From: Felis catus
Taxonomy: Eukaryota
Direction of reading: 5' to 3'
Assembly: GCF_018350175.1 (NCBI RefSeq)
Contig: NC_058368.1
Location: 48,548,001-48,612,000 of the forward strand
DNA length: 64,000 nucleotides
The notes under the pieces are model-generated. The model was not told where the DNA came from and ran no database searches. It was given only the letters and a program-made list of their open reading frames with translations. This document shows, piece after piece, positions 24,200-37,300 of the stretch (the first letter of the stretch is position 1; every line of letters starts with the position of its first letter). A program made the position numbers and the translations under genes.

Positions 24200-25500
24200 C
24201 CCAACTATAAGAAAGAAGGGAAGAAAGATTAACCAATACTGAATCCTAGCAAATAGAATATCTACTAACAGGACAAGAGGAAATAAAATGTATAAACCTA
24301 TCACAGGATAAATGGAAGTAAAGAAGGAGAAAATGAAAAGAGAGGAAAGAAAGGAAACAAGCATGCAAAGGAGAAAAAAAAAGCTCTCATTCCTAAAGAA
24401 CACACAACCTAAAAACAAAAAGCTTCACATGGTGGGAGAACTTCAAAAAATGATTACTAGTGGGAAAGGACTCAAAGATGAAATGACAAAACAATAGAAA
24501 AAATTTTTAAAGGTGTTGCAGAGTGATCCAAATGTACTGAAGACCAAAAAATTATCAATTTAGTACCAATAAATAGAAGAAAAACAGCAATGGGATAAGG
24601 AAACATGTTTAAAAATGAGGAGATATAGCTAAAAAAAATTAAATACTGATGTAGAAAAAAAAGGTTTAATTAATCCAGTGAACACAAAGGAAGACAAATA
24701 CATTTTTCTTAATGGAGAAAACAGAAGAGGCATAAAGAACAAACTGAAAAATGCTGATCCTGTAAAAAGGACCCAAAAGCTGGCTAGAAAAAATATTTCA
24801 AATAATAGTAGTATGAATTTTCCCTAACATGAAGGAAGAACAGATTGAAATAACAGACAGTGTTCCAGGAAAAATTGATACAGAACGATCCAAAAGAAGT
24901 TACGTCCTTAGGTCACTGAACTTCAAGCTGAAGAAAAAAAAAAACTCTGCAGGTGTTCAGGCAGAAACAAGCAGTTTACTAACAAGGGGGAAATCAGACC
25001 AGTCTTCTTGTTCTGTAAGGAATACTCAATGCCAGAAGACAAAGAAGTAATCTATAGATATCTGAGGAGAACCTGAGAATTTTACAACAAAGCACAATAT
25101 CTTTAAAATATAAAAGAAACAGATATTTAGACAAGCAACAGGTCAAGGAATACAGCATCCATGAGTCCTTGACAAAATATTCAATGGAATCTAGCCAAAC
25201 ATAATCATTAATATAGAAGTTGTGGCAAAAAGACTACTTTGGTACTAAGTTACCAGAAACTTCTGAAGAAAAGTACGATCCAATTGTTTTATTAAATCAA
25301 TCTGATCTTAGAGTATAAAAGTAGTCAATTAATATGCTCAAGTATAAAATATCTTAGGGAATGCAGGATATGATATTTTCTGAAAATCACTTGACAATGA
25401 AATCTAGTTGACCAGGAGATAAATTATAAGAAATAGCTCAATGAAAAGCCATGGAAAAGAACCAGGATGTACATCAAACCAATTTAAATCTTTAGCTACT
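24200..25500 (+). mobile_element. HAL1 / old L1 ORF1-like remnant
   Basis: gttccaggaaaaattgatacagaa, caatgccagaagacaa, aggaatacagcatccatgagtcctt resemble HAL1. Confidence 0.55.
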
Positions 25501-25912
25501 TTATTACTCAATGAACTTTAAGAACACAGTGCAGGTCTTCTCCTCCAGAGGACCAGGTAGAGAGTTCTACATAACCAATAAATTTGCTAACTGTTCGGTC
25601 ATTCAGTAAAAGAAAACCTTGAAACTCAAGAACTGAATTTTCTATTGGAAATTCACTGTATGCCCATTAAAAAAAATTAGTTCTTCCATTAGTGAAACAA
25701 GTATTTTCATCCAAAAATCTAAAATTCGAATCAACTACCTATTTAGTATGTAATACAAAAATAACCTTGTAACTCCAGAAGTTCCTTTATCCTAATAAAA
25801 ATGTATACAGAAAATTTAAAAAGATAAAAGTTTATTTTTCACCCTCAATTTTTCGTTAATATTTGAAATCTGGCAAGTATAAATACAATATATCTAAAAT
25901 TTATTTTCATTA

Positions 25913-28080
25913 AACTGGATAGCAATATGCAAAAGAAAGAAACTGGATGACTTTCTTATACCCTACACAAAAATAAATGCAGATGGGTTAAACACCTAAA
26001 TGTGAGACCTGAAACTGTAAAAATCCTAGAGAACATAGGCAGTAACCTCTTTGACACAGACCGTAGCAACTTTTTTCTAGATGTGGGAGGCAAGGGAAAC
26101 AAAAGCAAAAATAAATCATTGGGACTATATCAAAATAAAAAGCTTCTGCACAGTGAAGGAAACAACAAAACTAAAAGGCAACTACGGAATGGGAGAACAT
26201 ACTTGCAAATGACATATCCAACAAATGGTTAGTATCCACATAAATTTAGCAAAGTCACAGAATATAAAATCAATGCACAGAAATCTGCCGCATTTCTATA
26301 CACCAATAACAAAGCAGCAGAAAAAAGAAATCAAGGAATCAATCCCATCTGCAATTGCACCAAAAACAATCAGACAACTAGAAATAAACTTAACCAAAGA
26401 GGTAAAAGATCTATACGCTGAAAACAATAGAATACTTATGAAAGAAACTGAAGAGCACACACACAAAGAAATGGAAAAGCATCCATGCTCGTGGATTGGA
26501 AGAACAAACATTGTTAAAATGACTATACTACCCAAAACAAGCTACACGTTTAATAAAATCCACATTAAAATACCACCAGCATTTTTACACAGCTAGAATA
26601 AGCAATCGTAAAATTTGTATGGAACCAAAAAAGACCCCCAAAAGCCAAAGCAATCCTGAAAAAGGAAAAAAAAAAACAAACAAAAAACAAAAAAAAACCC
26701 AAAACCTGGAAGCATCACAGTTCTGGACACTGAGCTGTATTACAATGCTGTAGTCATCAAGACAGTATGGTACTGGTGCAACAACAGACACATAGATCAA
26801 TGGAACAGAACAGAAAACTCAGAAATGGACACACAAATCTATGGCCAACTAATCTTTGACAAAGCAGAAAAGAATATCCAATGGAAAACAGTCTCTTCAA
26901 CAACTGGTGTTGGGAAAACTGGGCAGCAACACACAGAAGAATTAAAGTGAATCACTTTCTTGCACTATACACAAAAATAAATTCAAAATGGATGAAAGAC
27001 CTAAATGTGAGACAGGAAACCATCAAAATCCTAGGGGAGAACATAAGCTGCACCCTCTTTGACCTTGGCCACGGCAACTAATACACAAACATACACACAC
27101 AATAGAATATTACTCAGTCATCAAACAAAATGAAATCTTGCCATTTGCAACGGCATGGATGGAGCTAAAAGAATGTATTATGCTAAGTGAAATCAGTCAG
27201 AGAAAGACAAATACCATATGATTTCACTCATGTAGAATTTAAGAAAACAGATTAACGTTTGGGAGGGGGAAAAAAGAGAGAGGGAAACAAACCATAAGAG
27301 ACTCTTAAAGATAGAGAACAAACTGAGGATTGATGGAGGGAGGTGAATGGTAGATGGGCTAAATGGGTGATGGGTATTAAAGAGGACACTTGTTATGTTG
27401 AGCACTGGGTGTTACACGTAAGTGATGAATCACTGAATTCTACTCCTGAAACCAATATTGCACTGTATGTTAACTAACTAGAATTTAAATAAAAGTTAGA
27501 AAAGAAAAAAAAAAGGTTAGTATCCAAAATACATAAAGAAAATAAACTCTATGCCCCCCCCAAAAACCAAATAATCCAATTAAAAAATGGATATAAAACA
27601 TAAACAGACATTTCTCTGAAGAAGACATCCAGATGGCCAACACACACATGAAAAGATGTTTATCATCACTTATCATCAGGGAAATGCAAATCAAAACTAC
27701 ATCTGTCAGAATGGCTAAAATCAACAACACAAGAAACAACAGGTTTTGGCAAGGATGTGGAGAAAAAGGAACACTTGTGCACTGTTGGTGGGAATGCAAA
27801 CTGGTGCAGCCACTGTATAAAACAGTTTGTAGGTTCCTCAAGAAATTAAAAATGGAACTACGCTGTGATACAGCAATCATAGCACTTGGTATTTACTGAA
27901 AGAATACCAAAACACAAATTCAAAGGGATACATGCACCCGATGTTTATAGCAGACATTATTTACAATAGCCAAGATACAGAAACAGCCCAAGTGTCTATC
28001 AATTGATAAATGGATAAAGAAGATGTAGCATAAATATACAATGGAATATTACTCAGTCATAAAAAAGAATGAAATCTTAC
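25913..28080 (+). mobile_element. Carnivore L1 ORF2 3' fragment (outer element), split by a nested L1
   Basis: ORF2-like translations (MRPETVKILENIG..., [18 protein letters not shown]...[12 protein letters not shown]). Sequence is collinear across the insert. Confidence 0.9.
26239..27514 (+). mobile_element. Nested 5'-truncated carnivore L1 with internal deletion, 3'UTR and A tail
   Basis: INLTKEVKDLYAEN...PCSWIGRTNIVKMTILPK; TSD ggttagtatcca at 26227-26238 and 27515-27526. Confidence 0.9.
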
Positions 28081-28084
28081 TCTG

Positions 28085-28860
28085 ACAGCTTCGAGCCTAT
28101 CAATATAGCCCCAACTTCCTAAGTTTCCATCCTGGAACTCTCTCCTGAGCAACAGGCTCAAATACATCTGCTGGAAAATCCCCTTGGGTATCTCCTAGGA
28201 AATTCCAATCTCATGGGTTAAAAAGATCTCATTGTATTTTGCAAACTTGGTCTTCCTAGTAGCACCACCCCACCGCCTCCAGTGGCCCATGCTGCACTTT
28301 TATATCATTTCTTACGGCCTTATTTTCTTCAACACCATATATACTGAATAACTAAATCTTCATGACTTTATCTCCTAAATTTCCTTCAAGTCCATCCAGT
28401 TTCTCCATCCCCACAGACAAGCCTAGACCAACTTCAAGATGGCATCATCATTAGCCCTTATCTCGTGGTCTTCCCTTATTTCTCACTCCAACCCATTGAT
28501 CATACCCTCAGGAGTTCATTAAAATGCAAATCTGATCATGCCAATTTCTTCCGTAAACCTCTTCAAAAGTTCTTCTCTGTTTTCACAGTAAATGAGTTGA
28601 ACCACATGCTTTATTTTCATTGGGAAGTCTTCACAATAATTACCCGAGTAAATCTAGGTCGAGTGCCCCTGCTCTGTGCTGTCACAGAACCACATACTTC
28701 TCTGACCAACAAAGCTCTTCTCACTCTGTATTGATAAATGCCTTTGTGTTGGTCCGCATTTACTACTAAACTCGGTGCCATCACATCCTATTCTCACCAT
28801 ATTCGCTGCTGGAAGACAAGAAAAACTGGCACTGTGCACGGCACACAGTGAATCATTAAA
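28085..28860 (+). mobile_element. L2 fragments
   Basis: ctctctcctgagcaacaggctc, ttaaaatgcaaatctgatcatgcca, gcacggcacacagtgaatcattaaa. Confidence 0.6.
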
Positions 28861-29409
28861 AAAAAAAAAAAAAAAGTTTACGGATAGGACTGTTTAGAAA
28901 AGCTCTTTCACAGCATACCCATACGGTGTTAAGCTTATCCCCCCTAAAGCAGCAAGGATGAAAACTGTTTCAGAGAGTATCAATATATTTTAGAAAAATA
29001 AATAAATTCCACAGGTACGAACTTAGAAGCATGCCTATCACTTCAAGCCTGGTAAACGATCGTTTCAAGGAAACAGTGGCTCAAGGTAGAAAATGGAGCT
29101 TCACACATTCTATCACCTTTCACACCCATTCACCAATAGCCCTCAAGTCTTCCAATGAAACAGAACTTCGCTCTATCTCCATCTCAGGTGTGACCACTCC
29201 AAGCCAAGCCACCACCATCTCATGCTGCCCTACAATGGCCTCACTGACTCGTTTTTTGCAACTTTCGAATTCATTTCCCATACAGAAGCCCATGTTATTT
29301 TTTCACAACTCTTGACCATGTGAATTTCCTGCTTGCAATCTTTCAAAGAATCTGCGGGCATTTAAAGTGAAATTGAATCACATCCTTATAACGCTACAAG
29401 TAACTAAGT

Positions 29410-30354
29410 GGTTGGAGTATGTATATTAAATTCCAACAAAAGAGGCATTCGGGCAAAATGGGTTATAAAAAAAAGAAAGAAAGATCACTACGTAATGAGA
29501 CATAGGGTCAGTTTTCTAGGAATATTACAATTCTAAATGAGTATTCACACCTACTTAACATAGTTCAAAATACATGAAGCCAAAATAAACAGAAATAACA
29601 AGAAACTGACAGAGCCATGATTTTAATTAGAGATTTCAACTGAATCTTTCACTCATGGATAGATTAGCCAAGCAAAAATCAGTAAGGTCAGAGAGATTTT
29701 GAGCAAAATAATTAAAAAGCTTTATTTACTGGACAAACATAAAATGATGTACCCAACAATAAGAAAACATACATTCTTTTCAAACACATACAAAGCATTT
29801 ACAAAAAACTGTTCTTGAATGAGGCCATATAGCAAGACCATACAGAATTATGATCAAGTAAACAACATGCTATAAATACAACACAATGAAGTAACACTAA
29901 AAAATAACTATGAAACTAGTAACTAAAAAATAACTATGAGTACATTTAGAAATTCAAACTTCTAAATAATTCATGATTCTAGAAGAAATTAGAATGGAAT
30001 ACAGAAAATAAATAGGACCAAATGATATAATGAAATTATACACTGAAATGTCTCAAGTATAAAAATGTTGAAAATTAATTAGCTCAGCAACTAAATCTGT
30101 AAGACAAGAATGTGAGAATAAACACAAAGAAATTTTAAGAAAAATAAAAACAAATAAAAAATTAACAAACTGTAGAACAAAAAACACAATAGAAAGAAAC
30201 AGCAAAATAAAAAGGAGCTCTTTAAAAAGCTGATAAATTCCTGGCAAGACTTATCAAAGGAAATAAAAAAAGAAGAAAAGTAAAAATAATCATTGTGAAA
30301 TAAATAAAATGAAAAGGGAGATAAAAGTACAGAAACATGATTAAAAATATAATA
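29410..30354 (+). mobile_element. Old L1 (L1M/L1ME) ORF2 endonuclease-region remnant
   Basis: caaaatacatgaagccaaaataaacagaa, ggatagattagccaagcaaaaatcagtaagg, catacattcttttcaaacacataca. Confidence 0.75.
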
Positions 30355-30537
30355 GGGAGTGCCTGGGTGGTTCAGTAGATTGAGCATCCGATCTCAGCTC
30401 AGGTCATGATCTTGCAGTTTGTGAGTTCAAGCCCCAAACGGGGCTTGTTGCTGTCAACACAGGGCCCCCTTTAGATTCTCTGTTCCCCGCCCCCTGCCCC
30501 TACCCTGTTCATGCTCTCTCGAAAATAAATAAAACTT
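30355..30537 (+). mobile_element. CanSINE
   Basis: gggagtgcctgggtggttcagtagattgagcatccga...aaaataaataaaac. Confidence 0.9.
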
Positions 30538-30561
30538 TAGTATTATTAGCAATATATATAT

Positions 30562-30758
30562 GGGGCGCCTGGGTGGCTCAGTTGGTTAAGCATCTGACTT
30601 CGGCTCAGGTTATAATCTCACGGTTCTTGAGTTCAAGCCCTGCATCCGGCTCTGTGCTGACAGTTCAGAGCCTGGAGCCTGCTTTGGGTTCTACGACTTC
30701 CTTTCTCTCTGCCCCTCCCCTGCTCATACTCTCAAAACAAGCAAACATTAAAAAAAAA

Positions 30759-30795
<37 letters not shown>
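30562..30795 (+). mobile_element. CanSINE with (TG)n at the tail
   Basis: ggggcgcctgggtggctcagttggttaagcatctgacttcggc; (TG)n at 30761-30795. Confidence 0.93.
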
Positions 30796-30798
<3 letters not shown>

Positions 30799-30823
30799 AT
30801 TAATGGACAACTGTGAACATCCT

Positions 30824-31190
30824 TGTTAGGGGCTTAGTTGTGTCCCCCCAAAATTCTCACAGTGAAGTCACAGTACCTCACAATGTGACTGTATTTGGAG
30901 ACAGAACCTTTAAAGAGGTAATTAATGTAAAATGAGGTAAAATGGGTGAGTCCTAAGGCAACAAGACTGATGTCCTTAGGAGACATCAGGACAGAGAAGT
31001 ATATAAAGGAAAGATCCAATGAATAGTCCAGGGAGAAGGCGGCCAAGTATGAGTCAAGAAAAAAGGCCTCAGGAGAAATCAACTCCATCACACCTTATAT
31101 GGGACTTCTAGCCCCCAGAGAAGAAAACACATTTCTGTTAAGGCCACTCAGTCTGTGCTATTTTGTTATGGCAGCTGTGGAAATCTAACA
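30824..31190 (+). mobile_element. MLT1B-type MaLR solo LTR
   Basis: TG...CA ends; tgtgtccccccaaaattc, cagtacctcacaatgtgactgtatttgga, ttttgttatggcagc. Confidence 0.85.
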
Positions 31191-31209
31191 GGATCTTTAC
31201 ACCAATAAA

Positions 31210-31950
31210 TTGGAGAAAAGAGAACTTTCATGTACTGTCAGTGGGCCTTTGAGTTGGTACTGCCACCATGGAAAACAGTATGGAGGTTCCTCAAAAAATT
31301 AAAAATAGAAATACAATATGATGCATTAATTCCACTACTGAGTATGTACCCAATGAAAATGAAAACATTAATTCGAAAAGATGTATGCTAACCCCTGTGT
31401 TTACTGCAGCATTATTTACAATAGCCAAGATATGCAAGCAACCTAAGTGTCCATTGATAGATGAATGGATACGATGTGGTATACGTACAAAATGGAAAAT
31501 TGTGCTGTCATAAAAAGGAGGAGATCCTGCCATTTGAGACAACATGAATGGACCTAGAGGGTACTACACTAAGTGAAATAATTCAGACTGAGAAAGATCC
31601 TATGACTTCACTCACATGCAGGGATAAAAAGAATAAACAGAAAGCAGAATTAGACCTATAAATGTAGAGAACAAACTGATGGTTGCCAGAAGCAGGGAGG
31701 TGACAGGATGGGCAAAATGGGTGAAGGGGAGAGGGAGATACTGGCTTCCAGTTATGGAATAAGTCACAGGAATAAAAGACACAGCACAAGGAATACAGTC
31801 CATGATACTGCAACAGTAATATACAGGGCCTGCACTTGTCGTGAGCATAACAATAACGTACTGAGTTATTGAATCACTATGTTGTACACCTCAACCTAAT
31901 GTCACTTTGTGTGTCAACGACACTTTTTCTAAAAAAAAAAAAAAAAAGTA
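31210..31950 (+). mobile_element. L1 3' end (L1MA9 / early carnivore type)
   Basis: ccatggaaaacagtatggaggttcctcaaaaaattaaaaatagaa...gaatcactatgttgtacacc; A tail. Confidence 0.88.
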
Positions 31951-32147
31951 ACAAAATAAATATCAAAAAGGTGGAAAGAATAGAAATTCCTACTGCTAGA
32001 GAAGCGATAAAGTATAGTACATATTTTTTCTTTTTTTTTTTTTTTTGAAGTAAAAAGAATCACTTTACTCAAATTTGAAGCTTTCATGGTTTTTTCTTAA
32101 AATCTGGTGAAACTAATAAAACCTAGTGTTTTGGGTGTACATGTAAG

Positions 32148-32156
32148 AATATATAC

Positions 32157-32198
<42 letters not shown>

Positions 32199-32230
32199 TC
32201 TTACCGCATATATATGTAATATACAGCATA
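32148..32230 (+). repeat. (TA)n-rich microsatellite
   Basis: Interrupted TA run. Confidence 0.85.
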
Positions 32231-35200
32231 TACACATTTTTGTAGGGATTTATAAATCCTGGAGGAAGAAGAAATTAAAATTTTCTCAAGGTATAAAGCG
32301 AAATTATTTTGGACCCTTGGAAAACTGTGTAACAAGGCTGCTGCCGAAGTCTCCATCACAGTTATTATTTCTCCTCAATCCAGGAATACCGAAGGTAGAC
32401 CCAGGAAAGGAGGGAAGAAAGGCACCAGCTAGTCTTCCTTTTCCCTTCCTTGGTGGGCAATCAACCATCTCTACTTGCTACACTTTTTACAGTTGCCTTC
32501 CAAACCCAGGATGTGGGCCTATCAAAATACATGTAATGCCCCTGGTATAGGCATGACCTAGAAATGTGCAAAACTCTTCAACTGACAATGCTTCTGTATC
32601 ATTCATATTAGAAAGAGAGCCAGGGATGAAGATAATTCCCAGACTTTTGCCTTTTAGCTTCTTATAAGCCAGGTTTGGAAGGTGTGGTTGACTAAGGAAA
32701 AGACTGATGTCTTCGGTTTGCAAGCTTAAGATAAAATTCTTTTCAGCTGTGGAAATCAGTAATCTCACCAGTATGCATGCATGACTATCGAAACCAAAAA
32801 TTTTGCATAGCATAAGCAAATCACAAAAGAACATAAATAGTACGTCACTACTTACACGCTGTTCCAAAACAAACAAAAGTAAACACTATATAGCTCATCG
32901 ACATATACTTAATAATTGATAAAAAGCAAAGAAATTATAGTACAAAATTCAGGATCATGTTCATGTCTAAGACTAAAACGAGTCTTTAAACATAGGGAAC
33001 ATTCTATTTCTCAAGTTGGGTTTCTCTTCGTTACATGTCTTATAAAATATATCGATTACGTATATTCTTTTATATCTATCAAATAATAACTTCAAGAAAG
33101 TATCTACCCTTACTTTTTCAACTAGAAAAAATTCTAAGTGATAAGAATTTTCAAAATCACTGATTATGAAAAAAATTGACACAGTTGGCTAGAATTTGCT
33201 TTATTAAGACTATATAGTCATCCTATAACACAAGCAATGGTTTTAACACAAGAATTGAAACTTACTGAAAGCATAAGTAGAGGGTAGAAGAGAAATCCTC
33301 AGAACACTCAACTAACCAAACTAAAAGAAAAAAAGGTGCATTATCCAACAAATGGGCTATGTTGCTAGCTGCCTCAAGATAAAAGTATTGAGCTATCACA
33401 AATGCAGAGATTAATAATCATAAATATATTTAGTACAGAGGAGTAATATTTTTGTATTTTTATATTTAACCATAGCCTAAGCAGTGAATTCAGAATATCT
33501 CTACCATAACATCAGTGTGATTATGAAAATCCTTCTCTTGCCATTTTCCAGTCTGTAAACCAGACCTTTTCCTCGGCCACCACTGACTAGAGACATGTTT
33601 CAGGTTTCGTGTGACCCATTTCTCAATTTTTCAGGATCCCCTCTGTCTTTCTCTTCCATCACACATGATCACAACTCTAACTCTTCAAAGAAGGAAAAAA
33701 GTATCAGAGAAATCCATTCTCATGTTCCGTCTCACATTCTTTCTTCGGTTTTCATGCACCCTCCACCCACCCGTTTATTTAGACGTTCACTAAAAAGATA
33801 TGTACCTGGCACCTTTGGCTTTAAAATTCAGAAACGGGCAAAAGTACTTGCTTCAACTGGATTTTTGAACCTGTGAATTGCAAATAACCATGTTCCCTTT
33901 CTGCCTTTCTTTCCCCCAAACCTCCCAGTCCATAATGGGCTGGGTAACCTTGAGCAAGTAACTTCATTTTTACTGATCTTTTTCCTCCTCTGCGTTATCC
34001 AGTTGAATGAGATAATTCTTATAGTACTGTCCAACTCCAAATTTCTACATTTCCAAGATATATGTTTGAGATTTTCAGCATTATTTAAGAAGAAAAGCTA
34101 AAAGGAAGCTGCTGTTGATGCCAACAATATTATCATCTCCTTGAAGTACAGCCATGCCACCCGGGACTACTTAACAAGACTGAGATGACAGAAGAAGAAT
34201 GACAATGAGCTAGCCCACTGGTCCCACCTCCCACCTGGTCTTGCTCTCACCCAGCCAACATTATTTCAATGTGGAAAGAGCAACTGCTGGGGCTCTAGCT
34301 GTACCTCGATTCGACAGTTAAAGGCAAAGTATGGTTGAGATTCAATTTCTCACCCATAAAGCATTAGAGACTTTTCCACTATAATTAAATTCCTGCGTTA
34401 CAACCACGTGCATGGTTTCCGGCAGAACAAAAAACAAACAGCTTTTGTATAATTGATTAGAACCGGGGAAAAGGAGTTTGTCTCCCTCTTAGCCGCAACA
34501 GAAATCTCATAGCCTTTTCTGCCTCTGCCTCCCCTGGATTATGTGCGCCCAACTGGCCAGCAGTGGGCTGCACAAGTGCCAAAGTGCATGCCAGCTCCAC
34601 CTGCAAATATCTGACTGATACCCCAATTTTCTTCAAACTCTGTGCAGAGAGAGGAGAGGTAAGGTGGGGCTGTGGTAATTATCCAGTTAGACAAGTGAGC
34701 ATTTAAGATGCATTCAAGTCCTGGTGTGGAACCAGAACTTAGAAATGTAAATCTATCATTTAATTGCCTAAAAGAAAAAAAAAAAGTGTTGCTTCCCTTC
34801 CTGTACCTGCAATCAGTCTCTTTTCTTCCCAAGCAGACAGCTTCACAAGGACCATCTCTACAATCATCTCCCTACTGGGGCCGTTCACTTTAAGCGGCAC
34901 TTTTAGAAATGATGTACAAATAAATGTTACAATACAGAGTTTAGACTGATGCAGCCTTCCTACTAACTGCTGCGCAACCTTCCGTAAGTCCCTCAGCATT
35001 TCAGAGACAGATAAACGCTGTCACAGTCACCAATAACAAATCTGACCAGCAGCCACACTCCCACCTCTTTCTACCACTTTCTCCATCTTAGGATGAGGGT
35101 ATGATGGGGAAGAGAGGAATTTCCAAGCACAAATATGATACATTCTACAGGTAACATTTTCTGTCCTTCCTATCTATAGTTTGGCAACATTAATCCCCAG

Positions 35201-35402
35201 AAGTGGTCGCCACTGGAAAAAACAGAGGCTACAATGGAAATAACCAGGTAAAATATCTTCATTCATAGGATCCTGATGTTTAAGAAATAGGAATTACATT
35301 TGCAATTCAGTGTAAAAGTAATCGAATGATTAAATTAAAATTTTTAAGTTAAAACTCAGAAAAATCTAGCAAGCGTCTACCCATAAACTAGAATCAATCT
35401 CT

Positions 35403-35487
35403 CCCTCCTTCCCTCTCTCTCTCTCACTCACACACACACACAAACACACACACACACACTCATACACACACACACACACACACACAC
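35403..35487 (+). repeat. (CT)n(CA)n compound microsatellite
   Basis: Seen directly. Confidence 0.9.
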
Positions 35488-36309
35488 GGCATACATGTGT
35501 AAATATAAACTGGTCTATCCCCACAAGTAACTGAACTTTTTTCAGCAATCTAATCGTTCTTATTCTGTTTAGAATTCTACTTCTGAATTCGCTCAAAGTC
35601 GCAAAATAGAGTCAGAGCCTTTCTGGGGTTATAGATGAAGTTCTAGGAATTTAAGGCAGGTCGTTTTCAAAAGCTTTTCTTTTTCTCTCTGAATCCAATC
35701 AGAGGCTAGTTCTCTACTTTCACTCACTTCATCAACTGCTCCTTTATTGTACAGGATTTGCTAGTCCTGTGCTGGGGCTCAACACAGACCTCCAGGAAAT
35801 CTCACCAGGATATGAGAGGTGACAGGTGGGATGGAAACCACTTGCCAGGCCAGCTCTGTGCCGGAGAAGCTGCCTGGGGCATCACCAGCTTGCCTGTACT
35901 TCGGAAATGGCAGGCTGCAGCCCTTTGCCCTCCAACAACCCACACTGTATCTCCCTCCTGTATTATTAGTGCCTCCTGGTCTGAATTAACGCCCACCTCC
36001 GTATTAACCGTCCCCAGACATGGTGACCGCCAGCCACTGCCCCACCCCACCTAGCCTCTAACCTACCGCTGTACAGTGTATTCATTCATACACTGAATAC
36101 CAACTTTTCATATCACTCACACTCGCAATCTTGCTCCAACCTTCGGTACCTGGATAAGCCCTCGATGTCAACTCACATGTTTCTACCAGGCAGACAAATA
36201 AATCAGCCCCCCGCCCTTTTTTTCTTGTGCTATGTTTTATCTTTCCTGCGCTCTCCACTGCAGCTCCCTGCAGCTGAGCCTCAGGGCCCTGGCCTGAGCC
36301 CAATCAGTC

Positions 36310-37300
36310 TATTGCATTACAGACGGACGGTCAAAATCTAGCAGAGTCTCAGCCACTAGTGACACTAACAACTGTGTCAAGGACCACACAAGGCCACAAT
36401 TGATCCTGCACTCTTTCACCAGATGAGCGAATCTAGAGAACAGTGAGCCCGGGCAGGTGGTTTTACAGAGCAGATGAGCCTTCTCTGTGTGGGCCTTCAT
36501 CTCCATGACAAGGCTGCATCCCAGGGACAGGGCTTCAGGTCCTCAGACGGAACCAGCAGGATCACAACGAGTGCAGAACTCAAAAGGTGTATGATCTATG
36601 ATCTCCAGGTGGAGGGCAGGTGAGGAAGGAGACCAGCATGTGAGAAGGGAGAGAAGCAATGGGAGACAGAGGATCTGAATGGCCACAACTTAGCTGAGCT
36701 CGACGGGCACTTCCCAGCACTGCCTTCCCCCACGATGCCCCAGCCCCTGGGTTATCAGGACGGCCTGCTGAGACACAGAAGGGAGAAGTGCAGCGGCAGT
36801 CACATCCAGTTCACACGCAGAAGGTCAATACCGAGCTCCAGATGCAGGCACAACTCACACACACGGTCGCTGGTGTGCTGCCGCACCTTGCGGGTCCAGG
36901 GCAAGTCTGCCCATATTGCCGCAGCTCCCGCAAGATCTCTCCATCAGCTCATCTGATTACCAGGCCATGATGTGTGTAACTCGGGGCGGGGTGCCAGCTT
37001 CTCCTCCAGTCTGCAGCATCCCCAAGGTTGGAAGCTTGTCCACAGTGAAGAATCTACGTGGGGTCTGCTCATCCTCCAGTGTGCCCTCACTCTCCTGCTC
37101 ATCCTTCCTTCCTGCCCTGCAGACTCGAGGTCTATCACCAAATATACAGAAGCAACAGCAACCATATACATCATGCTTAACTAGTGGCTACAACTGGATG
37201 AGGTCAAATCCAGATGCTAAATCCCATATTCTGTGCCATTCCCATGGCCTCATTTCCCTGATCAAACCATGACTGATACCGAATTTGGTACCAGAACTAA
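36310..37300 (+). mobile_element. Ancient ERVL-class LTR with adjacent tRNA-Leu primer-binding-site (PBS) remnant
   Basis: 3' end tttccctgatcaaaccatgactgatac followed by gaattTGGTACCAGaa. The left boundary is a guess. Confidence 0.45.

Noticed and set aside
26002..27899. ORFs resembling the L1 ORF2 C-terminal region
   Set aside because: Frameshifted, truncated L1 remnants; not functional genes.
32107..32876. 147-aa and 129-aa ORFs
   Set aside because: Low-complexity (TA)n-derived or hydrophobic random-like translations with no splice or homology support.
34553..34570. CTCF-like TGGCCAGCAGTGGGCTGC
   Set aside because: Two mismatches at informative core positions; not distinguishable from chance without ChIP data.
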